DNA of 64,000 nucleotides from Octopus sinensis (lineage: Eukaryota), in assembly GCF_006345805.1 (NCBI RefSeq), contig NC_042998.1:161200001-161264000 (forward strand), in the 5' to 3' direction. Every line of letters starts with the position of its first letter. Position 1 is the first letter of the stretch. The position numbers were made by a program, and so were the translations under genes. The notes below the pieces were generated by a model. The model was not told the DNA's origin, searched no databases, and saw nothing but the letters and a program-made list of their open reading frames with translations. Below are positions 35,528 to 49,125 of this stretch, piece by piece.

Positions 35528-36974
35528 ATCTTTTAATTAAACATATTTTCAGCTGTTTGATTGCCTGTTATTGATTAAAAAGAAATTGAATTCTGTTGCT
35601 TTTCTTTGCTATTGATCTCTCTCACTTTTATGTGGTGTTGTTTTTCAAGTTAGCTTATGCCCTAAATCTGACACTCACACACACACACACACACACCACA
35701 CACGTGCACACGCACATTCCTATGCAAACATATTCAGTTATTGTTATTATCTTTGGTACATATACAAATGTAGACATGCATACACATAGTGATTAATGTC
35801 ACTGCTTGCACATTTGTGCATATGCCCACATATGCACTTACATATATACACATATCATTGGTATTGTTGGTTTCTAAATTAACATAAATAATATATTGGT
35901 TTGCTTTTATAGTTAGTCTATAGTGTATATATACTATGAAGTATATACTACCAAACTGTCTAGAATTGATTAGAGGTAGTTAGGAACCAAATGTTAGCAA
36001 TGAGGTTCTGTTATATAACATTGGTTGAGAAGTTTTTGTTATTAACTTAAATGAGACACTGCCCTCCTCTCCTATCTCATTAAAAATAAAGAAATAAAAT
36101 AAAATTAATTAATTAATTAATTAATCTCAACACATTCTAATTGTTTTAAAATAATTAAGAATTTTCTATATTCTCTTGTTATTGATGTTTAGGCCAAGTT
36201 CATCCCTGATTCAGTCGACCTTATGATCAAAGGTATTCTTGTCATTGATGAACCAGTTCAGTTTTCAAACATAGAATATCTAGGACACACAACTCAATGT
36301 GTACTTCTCTTTTTTAAGATGAGAGGGTGTGGTTTTGAGGGCAATTTAGTGTCTATTACTAGTAAGTTGAGTGACTATGTAGAAGCATCCTTGCTGGTTT
36401 ATGGGCACCTTGTATTCTAGAGCAGATTGACTGTGAAGTTAAAGCGGAAAGAAAATGAAATTTCAGGCTTGTTTGTGCAATGCGATCATAATGGGTACAA
36501 GTATAGCTGTACGGTTGAGAAGTTTAAGTCACACATAATTGGCTTCAGGTTCAATTCTGTTATGTGGTATATTGGCCAAATGTATTTTACCATAGTTTCA
36601 GGTCAACAAAATCTTTATGAGTGAAATTTGGTTACCAGAAACTGTGGCAGCATATCAGAAGTATTGCTCCTATTCTTGAGTGGCAGACTAAGTATGTCAC
36701 TTGATTGTAAACATTACCACCTGGGTCTTGGGAGACCTTAGCAGAATGCACTGTTACAAGCATTTTGAAAGGTCTGTGATCTGGGGATAATTTCTTTCCA
36801 CTCTCTTGGAGGCCTTTTAGCCCTTTTGATATCAATCTGCTTAACACTGCCACTAGTTCCATGATATGAAATTCATGTCTTAAAAAATTATAAATTAAAA
36901 TCCCCTATCATGATCTCATGCTAATTCATTTTCCTAACACTAACTTTATATTAGAAACACAGTGATTTTACTAG

Positions 36975-37220
36975 ATTCATCATCATCATCATCGTTTAGT
37001 GTTTGTATTCCGTTCTGGCATGGGTTGGACAGTTTCACAGGAACTGGCCAACTGGAGAGGTGTCCAAGCTCCTTTTGTCTGTTTTGACATGGTTTTTATG
37101 ATTGGATGCCCTTCCTAATGCCAACCACTATACAGAAAGTGCTGGGTAGTTTTTACATGCTACTGGCATGGGTGCTTTTACATGGCACCAGCACAAATGC
37201 ATTTTATGTGGCACCAACAT
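36975..37220 (-). repeat. RTE-type 3' tail, reverse orientation
   Basis: (cat)n cgtttagtgt...catgggttggacag...ggatgcccttcctaatgccaacc. Confidence 0.75.
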
Positions 37221-37454
37221 CTACAAGATAAAGACCACTCAGCTGGGAGGGGGAGTGGGGATATTATTTATTATTTTATAATCTAACAGAAATAGAGCAA
37301 TTAGAGCAAAAAGAAATATGGTAATGAACGTGCTTAAGTGTCTTGGGTACTATCCTTTCTCTTCTGGTTGCACAAATACAAATCTGTTTGCTAATACAAA
37401 CCTTTCGATTATTTTCCTTCAAAATGTTCCTACTCAAAGTGTTGGAACATGGTA

Positions 37455-37665
37455 TTCTTTTATTCTTTTACTTGTTTCAGTCATTTGACTGAGGCTATGC
37501 TGGAGCACTACCTTTACTTGAACAAATAGACCTCAGGACTTATTCTTTGTAAATCGAGTACTTATTCTATCAGTCTCTTTTGTCAAACTGCTAAGTTATG
37601 AGAATGTAGACACACCGACATCAGTTGTCAAGAAATGGTGGGGGCAAACACAGACACACAAATAC

Positions 37666-37713
<48 letters not shown>

Positions 37714-37855
37714 GGCTTCTTTCAGTTTCCATCTCCCAAATCCACTCACAAGGCTTTGGTAGAAGACATTTGCCCAAGGTACCATGCAGTGGGACTGAAC
37801 CTGGAACCATGTGGATGGGAAGCAAGCTTCCTACCACACAGCCACTCCTGCACCT
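37455..37855 (-). mobile_element. SINE family A, full length
   Basis: Reverse complement of the 7132-7540 pattern. Confidence 0.85.
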
Positions 37856-37963
37856 ATAGAAGCTTATCTAATATATCAGACTTTATTTATCATTCCATTG
37901 CAAACCATCTACCCTATTAGTTAAAACAAATACCATTTCTAATTTCAGTATAGATAGGCTTAA

Positions 37964-38176
37964 CCCTTCAGCATTCAGATTCTCTGTCAAATGTAATGTT
38001 TATTTATTCACATTGTTTTGAATTAATCACATATTATTTCATATCTTTGAGATTTTAATGATGGGATTTTTTTAATTTTAGAATGATATCGTAAATTAGA
38101 TTTGGAAGCCAGATCTGGCTGGTTTGAACATAAAACAGATAGAATATATGGGCCAGATATGCTAGTTTAAATGCTT
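37964..38176. mobile_element. piggyBac-type MITE, degraded
   Basis: TTAA followed by cccttcagcattcagat; homologous to 24376-24598 in reverse orientation. Confidence 0.7.
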
Positions 38177-40158
38177 ATGTGTGAAATCTCTAAATTTACA
38201 TATGTGTAATTGAAATAGAGGTCAGGAAAACCATTGTCCCATCTACTTATAAGTAAATATCAAATACCTTTATCTCCATTCAGCCCATATTAGCTGAGAA
38301 CAAAAAAGTTGGAAAGGGTGGATTAAAATATTAAAACAATATAATTTTATAAAGATACAGAGTATCAATTTCAATTAAAAAAATAAGTGTGTTTATTTTC
38401 TTTAGAATTATTGGTGGTTATAAAGATACTTCAGCTATTTGATGGATTAAAGGAATATTCTGATTTATTGAGTAACTGCCTATTGAAAAATATGTATGAA
38501 ATAGATGTACAATGAAACAATATTGCTTCAATGCTTCACCTATTCCATTACATATTTCACTTCTTATAGTAGATTTGAAATATTTTTCTCCCCACCCTTT
38601 TATTATTTTTGAGGGGAATCTTTTATGTCTTGCTATTGCTTTTTTTTTTTAACTATTATTATTTATCTGCAGAAAAGTTGCATTCTTGGAGAGATTTGGG
38701 GTAGATATATCGGTTGTTGACAGATAAGAAAGAACAAATAGTGAGTTTATCAATGTTGTTTTGTTTTTTATTTCTAAACAATTTTGCTTTAAATTCCCAA
38801 AGACATAAATATTTTTGTATTTTTATTTTTAATGAGAATTGCACAGTAATAAATAGCAAGACAGTTTGTTTTGCTTCTTAAACTGATACATATAATGTTC
38901 AAGATTTGATATATCTGTCATGAGAAAAGAAATAATTTTAAATAATTACTTTTGTTATTTTTCTATGAGTTGAAAAATTTGTCATTAATGTGAGTAGGTT
39001 TTAAATTATTAGGTAATTTATTATCGTCATTTTCACATGTAATTTAATATTCCTTTACTATTTAGAAATTTTTAAATACATTACTAGGTTGATACACATA
39101 GTATAGATTAAAATCTGAATTATTAAGAAATTCATTTATCTTTAAATGTGAAGTGTTAAAACATGTTTATGAATTTTAAGGAATCAATCATTTATGGACT
39201 TTAGAATAGCATAGAATGATCTCTGAAAACTGAAGTTGTAAAAATTAAAAAAAAACAACAGGTAACCAATAGCTAAATAGATAAAGGAAATGTCAGCTTA
39301 TGGAGTTGTTTACTGAATAGTAGCAATAAATGGCTGGGCTAATTTCATTACTGAATCCCAAGGATTCATTGAAGTAGTTTTTATCTCAGGTTTCCAAAGA
39401 ATTCAGTAAATGTTACATAACTCTCCTTTTAAACTGGAAGTCCATTATAGGTGTATTTTCCTGTCGAAGGAATTGAATTTAGTACTGCCAGTGAATGAAT
39501 TGTTCTTCAATTCCTTAGTACAGCTTAAGGTTGTAGTAGTGAATGGAAAAACGCTTTGCTTCATAATCACTGCATGTGTAGGACATTCATTTTTGTAGGC
39601 ATGCTTTATTCAATCAGAACAAGGCTGTTAATTGATGGTAGTCAGCAATATAAGTGACTACTTAATATAAAAGAGAATGGGCCATGGGAGTTAATTGTCT
39701 AGTTTGTGGACATGCCAGAGTGCTGGTGACAGTGTCAGTCTTCTGTTTATTGTCTAGTGCACAAGCAACTAAACTACATTCATGCTTTTTATGAAAAAGA
39801 TAATTTGTTAAATTGCCAAACGTTTGTAGGATGGGTGTAGTCAATTAAATTGGCCCAAGTATAATGACTACTTAGCTTATCATGACTAGATGTAAAGCAA
39901 AATTAATGGTGGTACAATTTGAGCTCAGAACATAAAGGTATATAAATATATACCACAAGATATTTTGCCTGGCACTCTGTCATCTCTACTAATTCATTAT
40001 TCTAGTCTTTGCAAAAACAATGGCTTTGACATAAAATGGTAGTAATTAATGGCATTCTATAGTTTGCTATAAAGTCCTTCAGCTATTATTCTGTTTGTGT
40101 GTCTTGCGAGTGGTTGAATGCACATATATATAATGCATGAATGTGCTATGTATGCATA

Positions 40159-40196
<38 letters not shown>

Positions 40197-40234
40197 TATA
40201 TACATATATATATGTGTGTGTGTGTATTCTTTTG

Positions 40235-40623
40235 TTGTAATCTTTTACTTGTTTCAGTTATATGACTGTGGCCATGCTGGAGCACTCCCTTTAGGTGAAG
40301 AAATCAACCCCAGGACTAATTCTTTGTAAGCCTAGTACTTATTCTATTGGTGTCTTTTGCTGAACTGCTAAGTTACGGGGACGTAAACACGCCAACATCA
40401 ATTGTCAAGCGATGGCGGGGTGACAAGCACAGACATACAAACATACACACACACACATACATGATAGGCTTCTTTCAGTTTCTGTCTACCAAATCCACTC
40501 ACAAGGCTTTGGTTGGCCTGAGGCTATAGTAGAAGACACTTGCCCAAGGTGCCACGCAGTGCCACTGAACCTGGAACTATGTGGTTTGGAAGTAAACTTC
40601 TTACCACACAGCCACACCTGCAC

Positions 40624-40625
<2 letters not shown>
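40235..40625 (-). mobile_element. SINE family A, full length
   Basis: Reverse complement of family A, including the head ...ttaccacacagccacacctgcacct. Confidence 0.87.
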
Positions 40626-40669
<44 letters not shown>

Positions 40670-41044
40670 GTATTCTTGAAGCTGATGTCTTATCATGGCC
40701 ACAGTCTTATGGCTGAAACAAGCAGAAGATAGAAGATAAGAGATAAACACTTATGACAATTCAAACCAACAAGATCTGGGAGAGGAAGCAGAAAGGACTT
40801 GTCAAGTGCAAAAAAATGGCTGATTGCCTATGCTCCATAAAGAGCAAAGGGCTTAAATAAGCAGTAAGTACACTGGTCAATGTATCCTTCAGAATTCAAG
40901 AGGGATTTAGATGTTGGTTTTTAGCAGGTCAAGTGGTTACATACAGGTGCTAAATTAAAAATCTGGTTTGGGTTAATTTAACATTTATTCTTCTGCAATT
41001 GAAAAATAACTGCCAAGTTGATTGCTTTTTACCTTTTTCATCTT

Positions 41045-41313
41045 TTTACTTGTTTCAGACTGTGGCCATATTGGGGCACTGCCTTGAAGAACTTTTAGTC
41101 AAATAAGTCAATCCTAGCAATTACTTTTTTTAAACCTGGTAACTTATTCTATTGGTCTGTTTTACTGAACTGCTAAGTTACAGGGATGTAAACACACCAA
41201 CACAGGTTGTCAAGTGGTTGGCATTAGGAAGGGTATCCAGCCACAAAAACCATGTCAAAACAGATGGAGCCTGAACAACCCTTCAGCTGGTTGTCTCCTA
41301 TCAAGCCGTCTAA

Positions 41314-41355
<42 letters not shown>

Positions 41356-41705
41356 GGAATAAACACGTAAATGTGAAACAAATCCATTTTTAAAGGTGTA
41401 TCGTTTATGCTAGTTTTGATCAAATTGTCATCTCGGTTCTATTTTAACAAAACTGTCTGATGAACAGGAACATGAAACTCCCAGTAACAGCTTTTGTTAA
41501 ATTTCTGCTGCTTTTAAATAAAGTATATATATATATATTTATATATATTTATATATGACAGGTTTCTTTCCATTTCTGTCTACCTTATCCATTCACCAGG
41601 CTTTAGTTAACCCAAGGTATTATAGTAGAAGACACATGCCAAAGGTAGTAGGAATGAACCTGGAACCATATGGTTGGGAAACAAACTCCTTACCACACCA
41701 CCATG
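41045..41705 (-). mobile_element. SINE family A split by an RTE-tail fragment and an HHR unit
   Basis: 3' half at 41045-41215 and 5' half at 41555-41705, with inserts at 41216-41325 and 41354-41525. Confidence 0.7.
41443..41501 (+). ncRNA. Type-I hammerhead motif in a ~170-bp (TA)n-flanked unit (41354-41525)
   Basis: TTTAACAAAACTGT-CTGATGA-ACAGGAACAT-GAAA-CT(CCC)AGT-A-ACAG(C)TTTTGTTAAA: intact core, GUA triplet, 14-bp stem I with one bulge, unpaired stem II. Confidence 0.75.
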
Positions 41706-41899
41706 CCGGCATCTAATTAAAGAGCATCAGAACAACTTCAAAAATATGATGACACTGATCATGTTAAATACTTGTCAGAAAACCATTCCCAAACCAACCA
41801 ACTCTTTGACAGGTCTAGAAGTGTAACATGTCAGATGCAAATCAAAGTTTTTGCAAATCTTATAGTTAATAGAAGAACTCAAATAAAATGCAAGAAAAG

Positions 41900-42065
41900 G
41901 CTTTGGTGTGTGGGTAAGAAGCTTGATTTGCTACTACATGGTTTCAGATTCATTCCCACTGTGCAGCACGTTGGGCAAGTGTCTTCTATTATAGCTATGC
42001 ATAATCTAATGCCTTCTAAATAAATTTAGTAGACAGAGACTGTGTAGAAGCCTTTTACTGTGCAG
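41900..42065 (+). mobile_element. SINE family A, 5' half
   Basis: ggtgtgtgggtaagaagcttg...gggcaagtgtcttctattatagc. Confidence 0.7.
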
Positions 42066-42069
42066 TGTC

Positions 42070-42362
42070 ATTGCCCTTACATATAGGCTTATTCCCCTGC
42101 AACCCTCTCCAGCTGAGCATCGCTGACCTTGCAGGCTCATAAGCGCTGGTGCCATGTAAAAGACACTCATATCAAAGCTGTGTAAAAGCACCCAATACAC
42201 TCTGTAAAGTGGTTGGCATTAGGAAGGGTATCCAACCATAAAAACCGTGCCAAAACAGACAGGGAGCCTGAACAACCCTTCAGCTGGTTGTCTCCTATCA
42301 AGCTGTCTAACCCATGCCAGCATGGAAAATGGACATTAAGTGATGATGATGATGATGATGAT
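42070..42362 (+). repeat. RTE-type 3' region with (GAT)n tail
   Basis: ggttggcattaggaagggtatcc...aacccatgccagcatggaaaatggacattaagt(gat)n; near-identical to 41216-41305. Confidence 0.75.
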
Positions 42363-42495
42363 ATATATATATATATATTATATATATATATATATATATA
42401 TCAATAATTGAGGGTAAAATTAATTAGTTATTAATCAATTTCACCAAGTAGTGTTCAGTATGTAAAAGGACCATTTAAGGCGTATTCAAAATATT

Positions 42496-42956
42496 ATATT
42501 ATATAATTAGGGCTTAGTAAAATAAATTACTTTGCCACATACTGAACTTTCTAGAAATAGCAGCCAAAAAGTTTTTTAGCCATTTCCACTACTTTAAGAA
42601 AAATTCTCCCAGATAGTGTTTACTCAAAAATAACTCAAGAAGATATGGAGGTAAAACAGTAAAATATCACAAGTACAAAGATCATTTGAGAACATCACGT
42701 TTCTAGATTAGCCAAAATAAAACTCAGCATTTCCTTCGTCAGCTCAACATTTCTTAATTTTGGATTTGAAAGCACTAAAAGAATGAACATACTCGTCCGG
42801 CAATGTATCACCTCAGACAAACACCCTCAAACTGCCAGTACTAGCAAATTCAAAATGTACAAGCGAAGATTCCTAAAAAACTTTTTGGCTGCTATTTCTA
42901 GAAAGTTCAGTATGTGGCAAAGTAATTTATTTTACTAAGCCCTAATTATATAATAT
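42496..42956. repeat. Perfect 84-bp inverted repeat around a 293-bp spacer, beside (TA)n
   Basis: 42496-42579 is the exact reverse complement of 42873-42956. Confidence 0.95.
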
Positions 42957-43029
42957 ATATATATATATATATACATATATACACAAGTATATATGTATAT
43001 ATGTATATATTTAAGTGTGTGCGTGTGTG

Positions 43030-43445
43030 TGTATCTGTGTTTAGTCCCCACCCTACACTTCTTGACAACTAATGTGGTTTGTTTACATCTCCATAACTTA
43101 GTGGTTTAGCAAAGAAACAAATTGAATAAGTAATGGACTTCAAAAAATATAAGTACTGGAGTCAATGTGGTTCACTGAAACCCTTTAAAGGAATACCACT
43201 GCATGGCTGCTGTCAGTAGATGAAACAGATTAAAGATAAATGATAAAAGAATCTATGAAAAAACTATTCAAAGAAAATATATTACCGTCTGAAATTATGT
43301 GGTAAGAAGCTTGCTTTTCCAACCAGATAGTTCTGGGTTCAGTCCCAATGTGTGGCACCTATGGCAAGTAACTTCTACAAGTTTGGAATCGACCAAAGTC
43401 TTGTGAATGGATTTGCTAGACTTAAACCAAAAGAAGCCCATCGTG
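43030..43445 (+). mobile_element. SINE family A pieces (3' half 43030-43240; 5' half 43296-43445)
   Basis: Degraded matches to family A; another 3' half lies at 43995-44175. Confidence 0.65.
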
Positions 43446-43457
43446 TGTATGCATGTG

Positions 43458-43492
<35 letters not shown>

Positions 43493-43524
43493 CATATACA
43501 TATATACATACATATATACATATG

Positions 43525-43563
<39 letters not shown>

Positions 43564-44799
43564 GTATATATATATGTAAGTATTATGTATGTATATATAT
43601 ATATATATACAGTAGAATAAGAAACAGAAAGTCCTTGGTACAGCATTATATATTTTAAAAAATTAAATAGAAATGGTTTTTCTGATAATTTTCCCACTTT
43701 AATAATTAGATGTTTATAAATTTACAAATGGTGACTGATAGAAGCTTCATGCATAAAAACATCTTCAGACTGATAATTTAGAGTTTATTCACTGCTTAGA
43801 GAGTGTTTAATTACAAGCATACACATATACAAATACCACTGCCCCCACCACTACACACATATACATACACCCACGCATAAACATATATATAGAAAGATAT
43901 GTACACAGACATATGCATAAAATACCTACACACATACTCAAACACACACACACTAGTACATAGGACCTTAATGGGTATATGTATACATGACTTGAAAATT
44001 GGTGTCGGTGTGTTTACATCCCCTTAACTTAGTGGTTCAGACCAATAGAATAAGTACCAAGTTTTAAAAAATTGTAGGTGCTGGGATTAGTTCATTTAAC
44101 TAAAAGTTCTTCAAGGTGGTGCCCCAGCATGTCCACAGTCTAATAACTGAAACAAATAAGTGATAAAAGATGAAAGATTCAAGTGGTCACAAAAGAACAT
44201 CCTTTCATTAACAGCAAACAAACACAAAAATACAACAATAGAGGATTAAATAAAAGTAAAAAAAAACTATAAATATAAAAAGTCTGCCTTTTGCTTTATT
44301 TTCTCACAATATAAAAATGCAATATGTTTTTATATCCATAATTGTTTTTAAAAATATTAGAAGAATAAAGTTGAAAACTATCTTAACAAAAATGCTGTTG
44401 GGAAAAGAAAAATTTGCGTGAATAATTTATATGAAAATAATTGCTTATTTTTATTTTTATCCGAAGCACGATAGATATTTTATTAATTATTTAATTCACA
44501 CAATTATTTTACACTTATGAAATATCTAAATGTTCAGGCTATGATCCAAATTGTAAAAGATATATTAAACATTCCAAAAAGCTGTCATTGCTTCAGAATA
44601 ATATATAGAATAAGACTACGTAAGAACACATCACATTTGACCCTGAAATTGGCCAAGATGTCATCTTTGAAAATAGAAAGTCAGAAAGTAAACTATAGTA
44701 GTGTGAAAATACAGAAAAGACTCCATCCAAATTAGTTATATGACAGATTTCTAATGCTGCACAACCAACCAACAGTGGTTCCAAAGACTTTCTCTATTC

Positions 44800-45200
44800 T
44801 CTTCAGGTTATCTTCATGACATAAAGGTGAGAATTCTGACCAAACTGTTCTTAGCTGTGTTCAGGAGAATAGGTTGCATTGATATATAGATATTGGCATT
44901 CAAAAAGCTATTTATGTAAGTAAGAATAGCATAACTTAGCAGACGGAGTACTTGACAATGCTAGACTGGACTTCAGCATTCTTTATGGACAAATCAAGGT
45001 TCAAACCAAAATCCTTTGACAGCAATAAGAAATGATGATGAAATACAGAGATTTCATGCTGACAGCATCACTGAATATGATATCTATACTGAACAGAACT
45101 GGCATTAGCATCCCTGGTGCAGATGACCCTAATGTCATGCAGAACAACACTTTGACAGGTGCAATGTACAAAGAAGAGACATTTGATGAAGTCAGGTGGG
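44800..45200 (+). mobile_element. Tc1 transposase relic, heavily frameshifted
   Basis: Fragments TMLDWTSAFFMDKSRF (compare W..VLFTDESRF), QRFHADSITEYD and GISIPGADDPNVMQNNTLTGAMYKEE (compare GIS..GRTDL.VIQNGTLTG.RY.DE). Confidence 0.7.
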
Positions 45201-45554
45201 GGTTCCTATTATCTACATTTGTCTCCACTCTACCAGAGAAATGAACTTCTATAAGAGGCTACAAACCATTGTCTACATGGAATAATTTTCCTTTTCCAAA
45301 TATATATTTACCTGCAGATGCTTAGATTTAGATGATAGAACAATACTGCGTGTGGGATTTTAAATTCCATGTAGATAATTATTGTGGCATGGGGATAGTT
45401 GAAAGGGATATTTATATACCAAATATTTTTATATTATGATTAAAATCTAGCAATCAATATATTATAGATCTCATGAAGTGTGATAAATAGCCAATTGTTT
45501 GAATTTCTTATAATCTGAAGTATCTGTCAATGAGTGAAAAGATTAATCGATTAA

Positions 45555-45586
<32 letters not shown>

Positions 45587-48529
45587 TTGGTGAAGCAATC
45601 AATAGAAAACGTTCCTTGATTGGTAATATTCAACATAAAAAAACAACAAAAGCATAAAACAAAACTGACTTAACGGAAAAATAATTCAAATAAACCAATG
45701 ACATGTATTAAGATAAATAAAATATGTATGGTTGTACTGAATGATATATGTCATAACATTCTTGATGTATTGAAATTTTCCATTTATTTGGAGAAAGAAA
45801 ACAAAAAATGCCTAGGTATCCATTAGTGACTCATGAAGAAAAGAAAATATGTAATTTCAATAAATTAAGAATTAATTAAAAAAAGTTACTTGTTATATTT
45901 AAGATATAATTTAGTCATGGTTAGCCGGAATTGTGACAGAAACAGGAGTTTCAGTTTTATTGAACCTCATTAGTGAAACATATTCAGCACAAACTTGTTT
46001 GATCAATAAACATAGACCTTTACATATAGAAAAAGAGTTACAAATAATCTTTGGTGAGTAGTAATTTGCATAATTAAAAATAAAACTGAGTTAAAGCAAA
46101 TCATTGACATAAACCAACCTAGTGGTGTATGTGGAGGTAAATCAACTATGCAGAGATGTACTGAATGACATTCACATGAAATTCGTAATAAATTGAAATT
46201 TTCTTCATATCTCTATTCAAAGCATTTTCTTTAGTACTTTTCTTTTTTAGCAGATAAGCTTTTATCTTGAACTCATGAACTCAAAGTACTGAAAACATAA
46301 TGCTTAGCTACTGAACAATTTTAATTTTAAATTTACTAGAAGATATATGAACAACTGCCAATATTCTTTCTCCATATCTGTGTAAGGAAGGAGTTTATCA
46401 GATATATTTGCTGAAAATATCAGCCTGAGCATAACTATATGTATATTGAAAAACATTTTTTCTTTCTAAAGTTCTAAAACTATTTAAAACCTTATGCATA
46501 GCCAGATTCTTGGATAGTTAACTATCAGTTAATTAGTAAAAGAACTAATTATCAGTTAAAACTCTTAGGCATCAACAGAATTGTCTTTTGTAATTTTCTA
46601 ATAATAGTGTTAGGCTGGTTGGATGTATATTTATTGATTGGTATGAAGTTTAGCTGTGTGTTGTCCTATAATAGACCAACTTTGAATGTTGTCAAAATAG
46701 CATTTTTATCAAAGTTTATTACAATACATAAAATTTTAATTGTAGCTTTTCAGTTGGGTAAAATGATGTGCTATAGGTGATTATAGTTTGTAATAACATT
46801 ACTAACAAAAAGGATTAGCATGACATGAAAGGCAAGAATAATGCATTGACCATTCTAGTTGAAGGACTATCCTAGTTGAAGGATCCTTTTAACTCAGGGC
46901 TGAGCTTCAGCCAAGGAGAACTTGCTGATATAAAGGGTTTCTTACTTGTGATTTTAAAGTGCTGCTCTGATTTATTTACATGCTTTTTGCTTATATAACC
47001 ACAAAACCATGGGAACTACTGGAATAAAATAGTAAATTCTCTAATATATGGTGATATTCCAGTGTAATGGGAACGGGAACTGAAAATATTTTCTGATTGT
47101 CTTTTAGTAAATATCATATTAGTAAACATTGCAATATCTTATGTCTCACCATATCTGTAGTCTTCTATTTATTTTTAAATTTTTGTTTTTATGTAAAGAG
47201 CATTAATTGGATCATTTATGACATTTTCTAAACAACTTGTCAATTATTCCGGTATACATAATCATAATATGGGTATCATTTATTTATTAGAAACACAAAT
47301 CCTTGATTGTGAAAAGAAAACAAAAGTATTCTTAAGGTTACAACAAGAAGCTATATGTTTCTAAAATGTTTTAGTGCTATAGATAACATTGCAATTAGCC
47401 TTATGTCCTAAATTCAGTAGGAAGCTGGTGCTATATAGATCTTAAACTGTTAATATACAAAGCTCTACATTGGTTAGCATTTACAGAGATTACATTTCAA
47501 ATCTCACATTTCTTTCAACTGTCTTATTTATTTGCTTTGTGCATTCAAACATGTTTTGTTCTACATGTTTTATTGAAATACTAGAAAACCTTGACTTGAC
47601 ACATGGCAAATGTTTTAGTCATCATTATATCATAAGTGACCTGTGTTTACAGACTATTAACTAATACAAGGGAAGTCTGTGCAATAGATTGTTTTCTCAT
47701 GTTGTCAAATCTATCATATTAGATGTACATTTGTCAACTTCAGATGTTTTAGTAAAGGTATTTTGAAGAAAGATTTTATAAGACAAAAAGATATGGATTA
47801 CACACTTTTTCGAAACGTAATATTAGCTGTATATTTTGTACAAAATTAATGATCTGTATGATGACAAAAACAGTTACTTGGTAGAAAATGAAAATACAGA
47901 CTGCAGCAGGGTACTTCCGATGACAATAAGAGCTAGTATTTAGTAGTACTAGTTTTAGAAGATATTATTCTATTAGGCATTTCATATAAGTGTTTCCCAA
48001 CTTGATCAGTCTGTTCAAAATAGCACAATTAAGAAAAAAAAATTATGAAGATTCACTTGTGACCTTTAATCTGATATCCATTCTTATTTTACAATGTACA
48101 AAACATTTGATTCTAATTAAAAGATTCCTGGTAAATCAATGAAGAGAACCAGAACTCTTAAGGCAAAGGCAGAAGCAGTTGAGAAAGTTCCAACTGGCTT
48201 TAGTCAAGGAGGAATGAAAGCGAATTTCAGAGGGCATAATATACCCTACATTCAAAGGTATCTTGGACTGAAGGAGTTACAACATGCAAAGTACTCAGCT
48301 CTGGAATACTTTGATTACTCAGGAAGGTGCAAGTTACAATGCAGGCAAGTAGAACAGATCATGGCAGCAGAAGGGTGTCCAGGAGTCATGATATGGATGA
48401 AGCCTGGAGCCCTTTGAGTGTAAGGAGTTAAGGGTTATATCACTTGTATTCATCTTCTCTGAAGACCTTCTGCTGTTCAGCTCTCCCTAGAGTTTCTTAC
48501 TGCTACAGGGAAAAATAAACTCATATCAT

Positions 48530-48785
48530 TATCATTATAGCCAGGTTCCAACCTGAGCTGCAATAACAAAGTCTACCCACCACATTTCTTGGCCCATCAT
48601 CATTGCCTTGAGGTCCTGGATACATTCCAGGCCAGGATACATTCCAATCAAGTTGTCAATGTAAGTGTAACGACGTTTTCCTCTTCTTACATCAACATGA
48701 AGTGGTTTCCATAAAACTAATTTGGATGCTTCCAGTTCAGGTTGGCACAAGCAGCGACCATATAGTTACCACATCTTGGTGCCAT
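48530..48785 (-). mobile_element. RTE-clade LINE, ORF 3' end fragment
   Basis: CQPELEASKLVLWKPLHVDVRRGKRRYTYIDNL...IQDLKAMMM, a typical RTE C-terminus. Confidence 0.75.
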
Positions 48786-48869
48786 TTCACATTTACAATT
48801 ATCAACTTGTGCAATTATCTATTTCTGAATTTTCTTTTTCTTTTCAGTTTTAATACTTTCTTTTACTTT

Positions 48870-49053
48870 TTTACTATTTTATATGTTTCAGTTATTAGAC
48901 TGTGGCCTTGCTAGGTCACTACACGGAACACTTTTAGGCAAACAAATTGACCCTAGCACTTAACTTTTAAGCCTGGTACTTATTCTGTTGGTCTCTATTG
49001 CTGAGACATAAACACACCAACACTGAATGTCAAGCAGTGGTCTCAAACACACA

Positions 49054-49125
<72 letters not shown>

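Noticed and set aside
36223-36862. Three consecutive 65-76-aa ORFs
   Set aside because: No motif recognised; part overlaps a decayed SINE head near 36490-36630.
45001-45244. Overlapping ORFs as host exons
   Set aside because: Better explained as a frameshifted Tc1 transposase relic.
46946-47015. PWFCGYISKK as an SH2-domain start
   Set aside because: The similarity is too short and the next residues do not fit; kept only as a weak exon candidate.
48139-48417. 92-aa ORF near the RTE fragment
   Set aside because: No assignable motif; possibly decayed LINE sequence.
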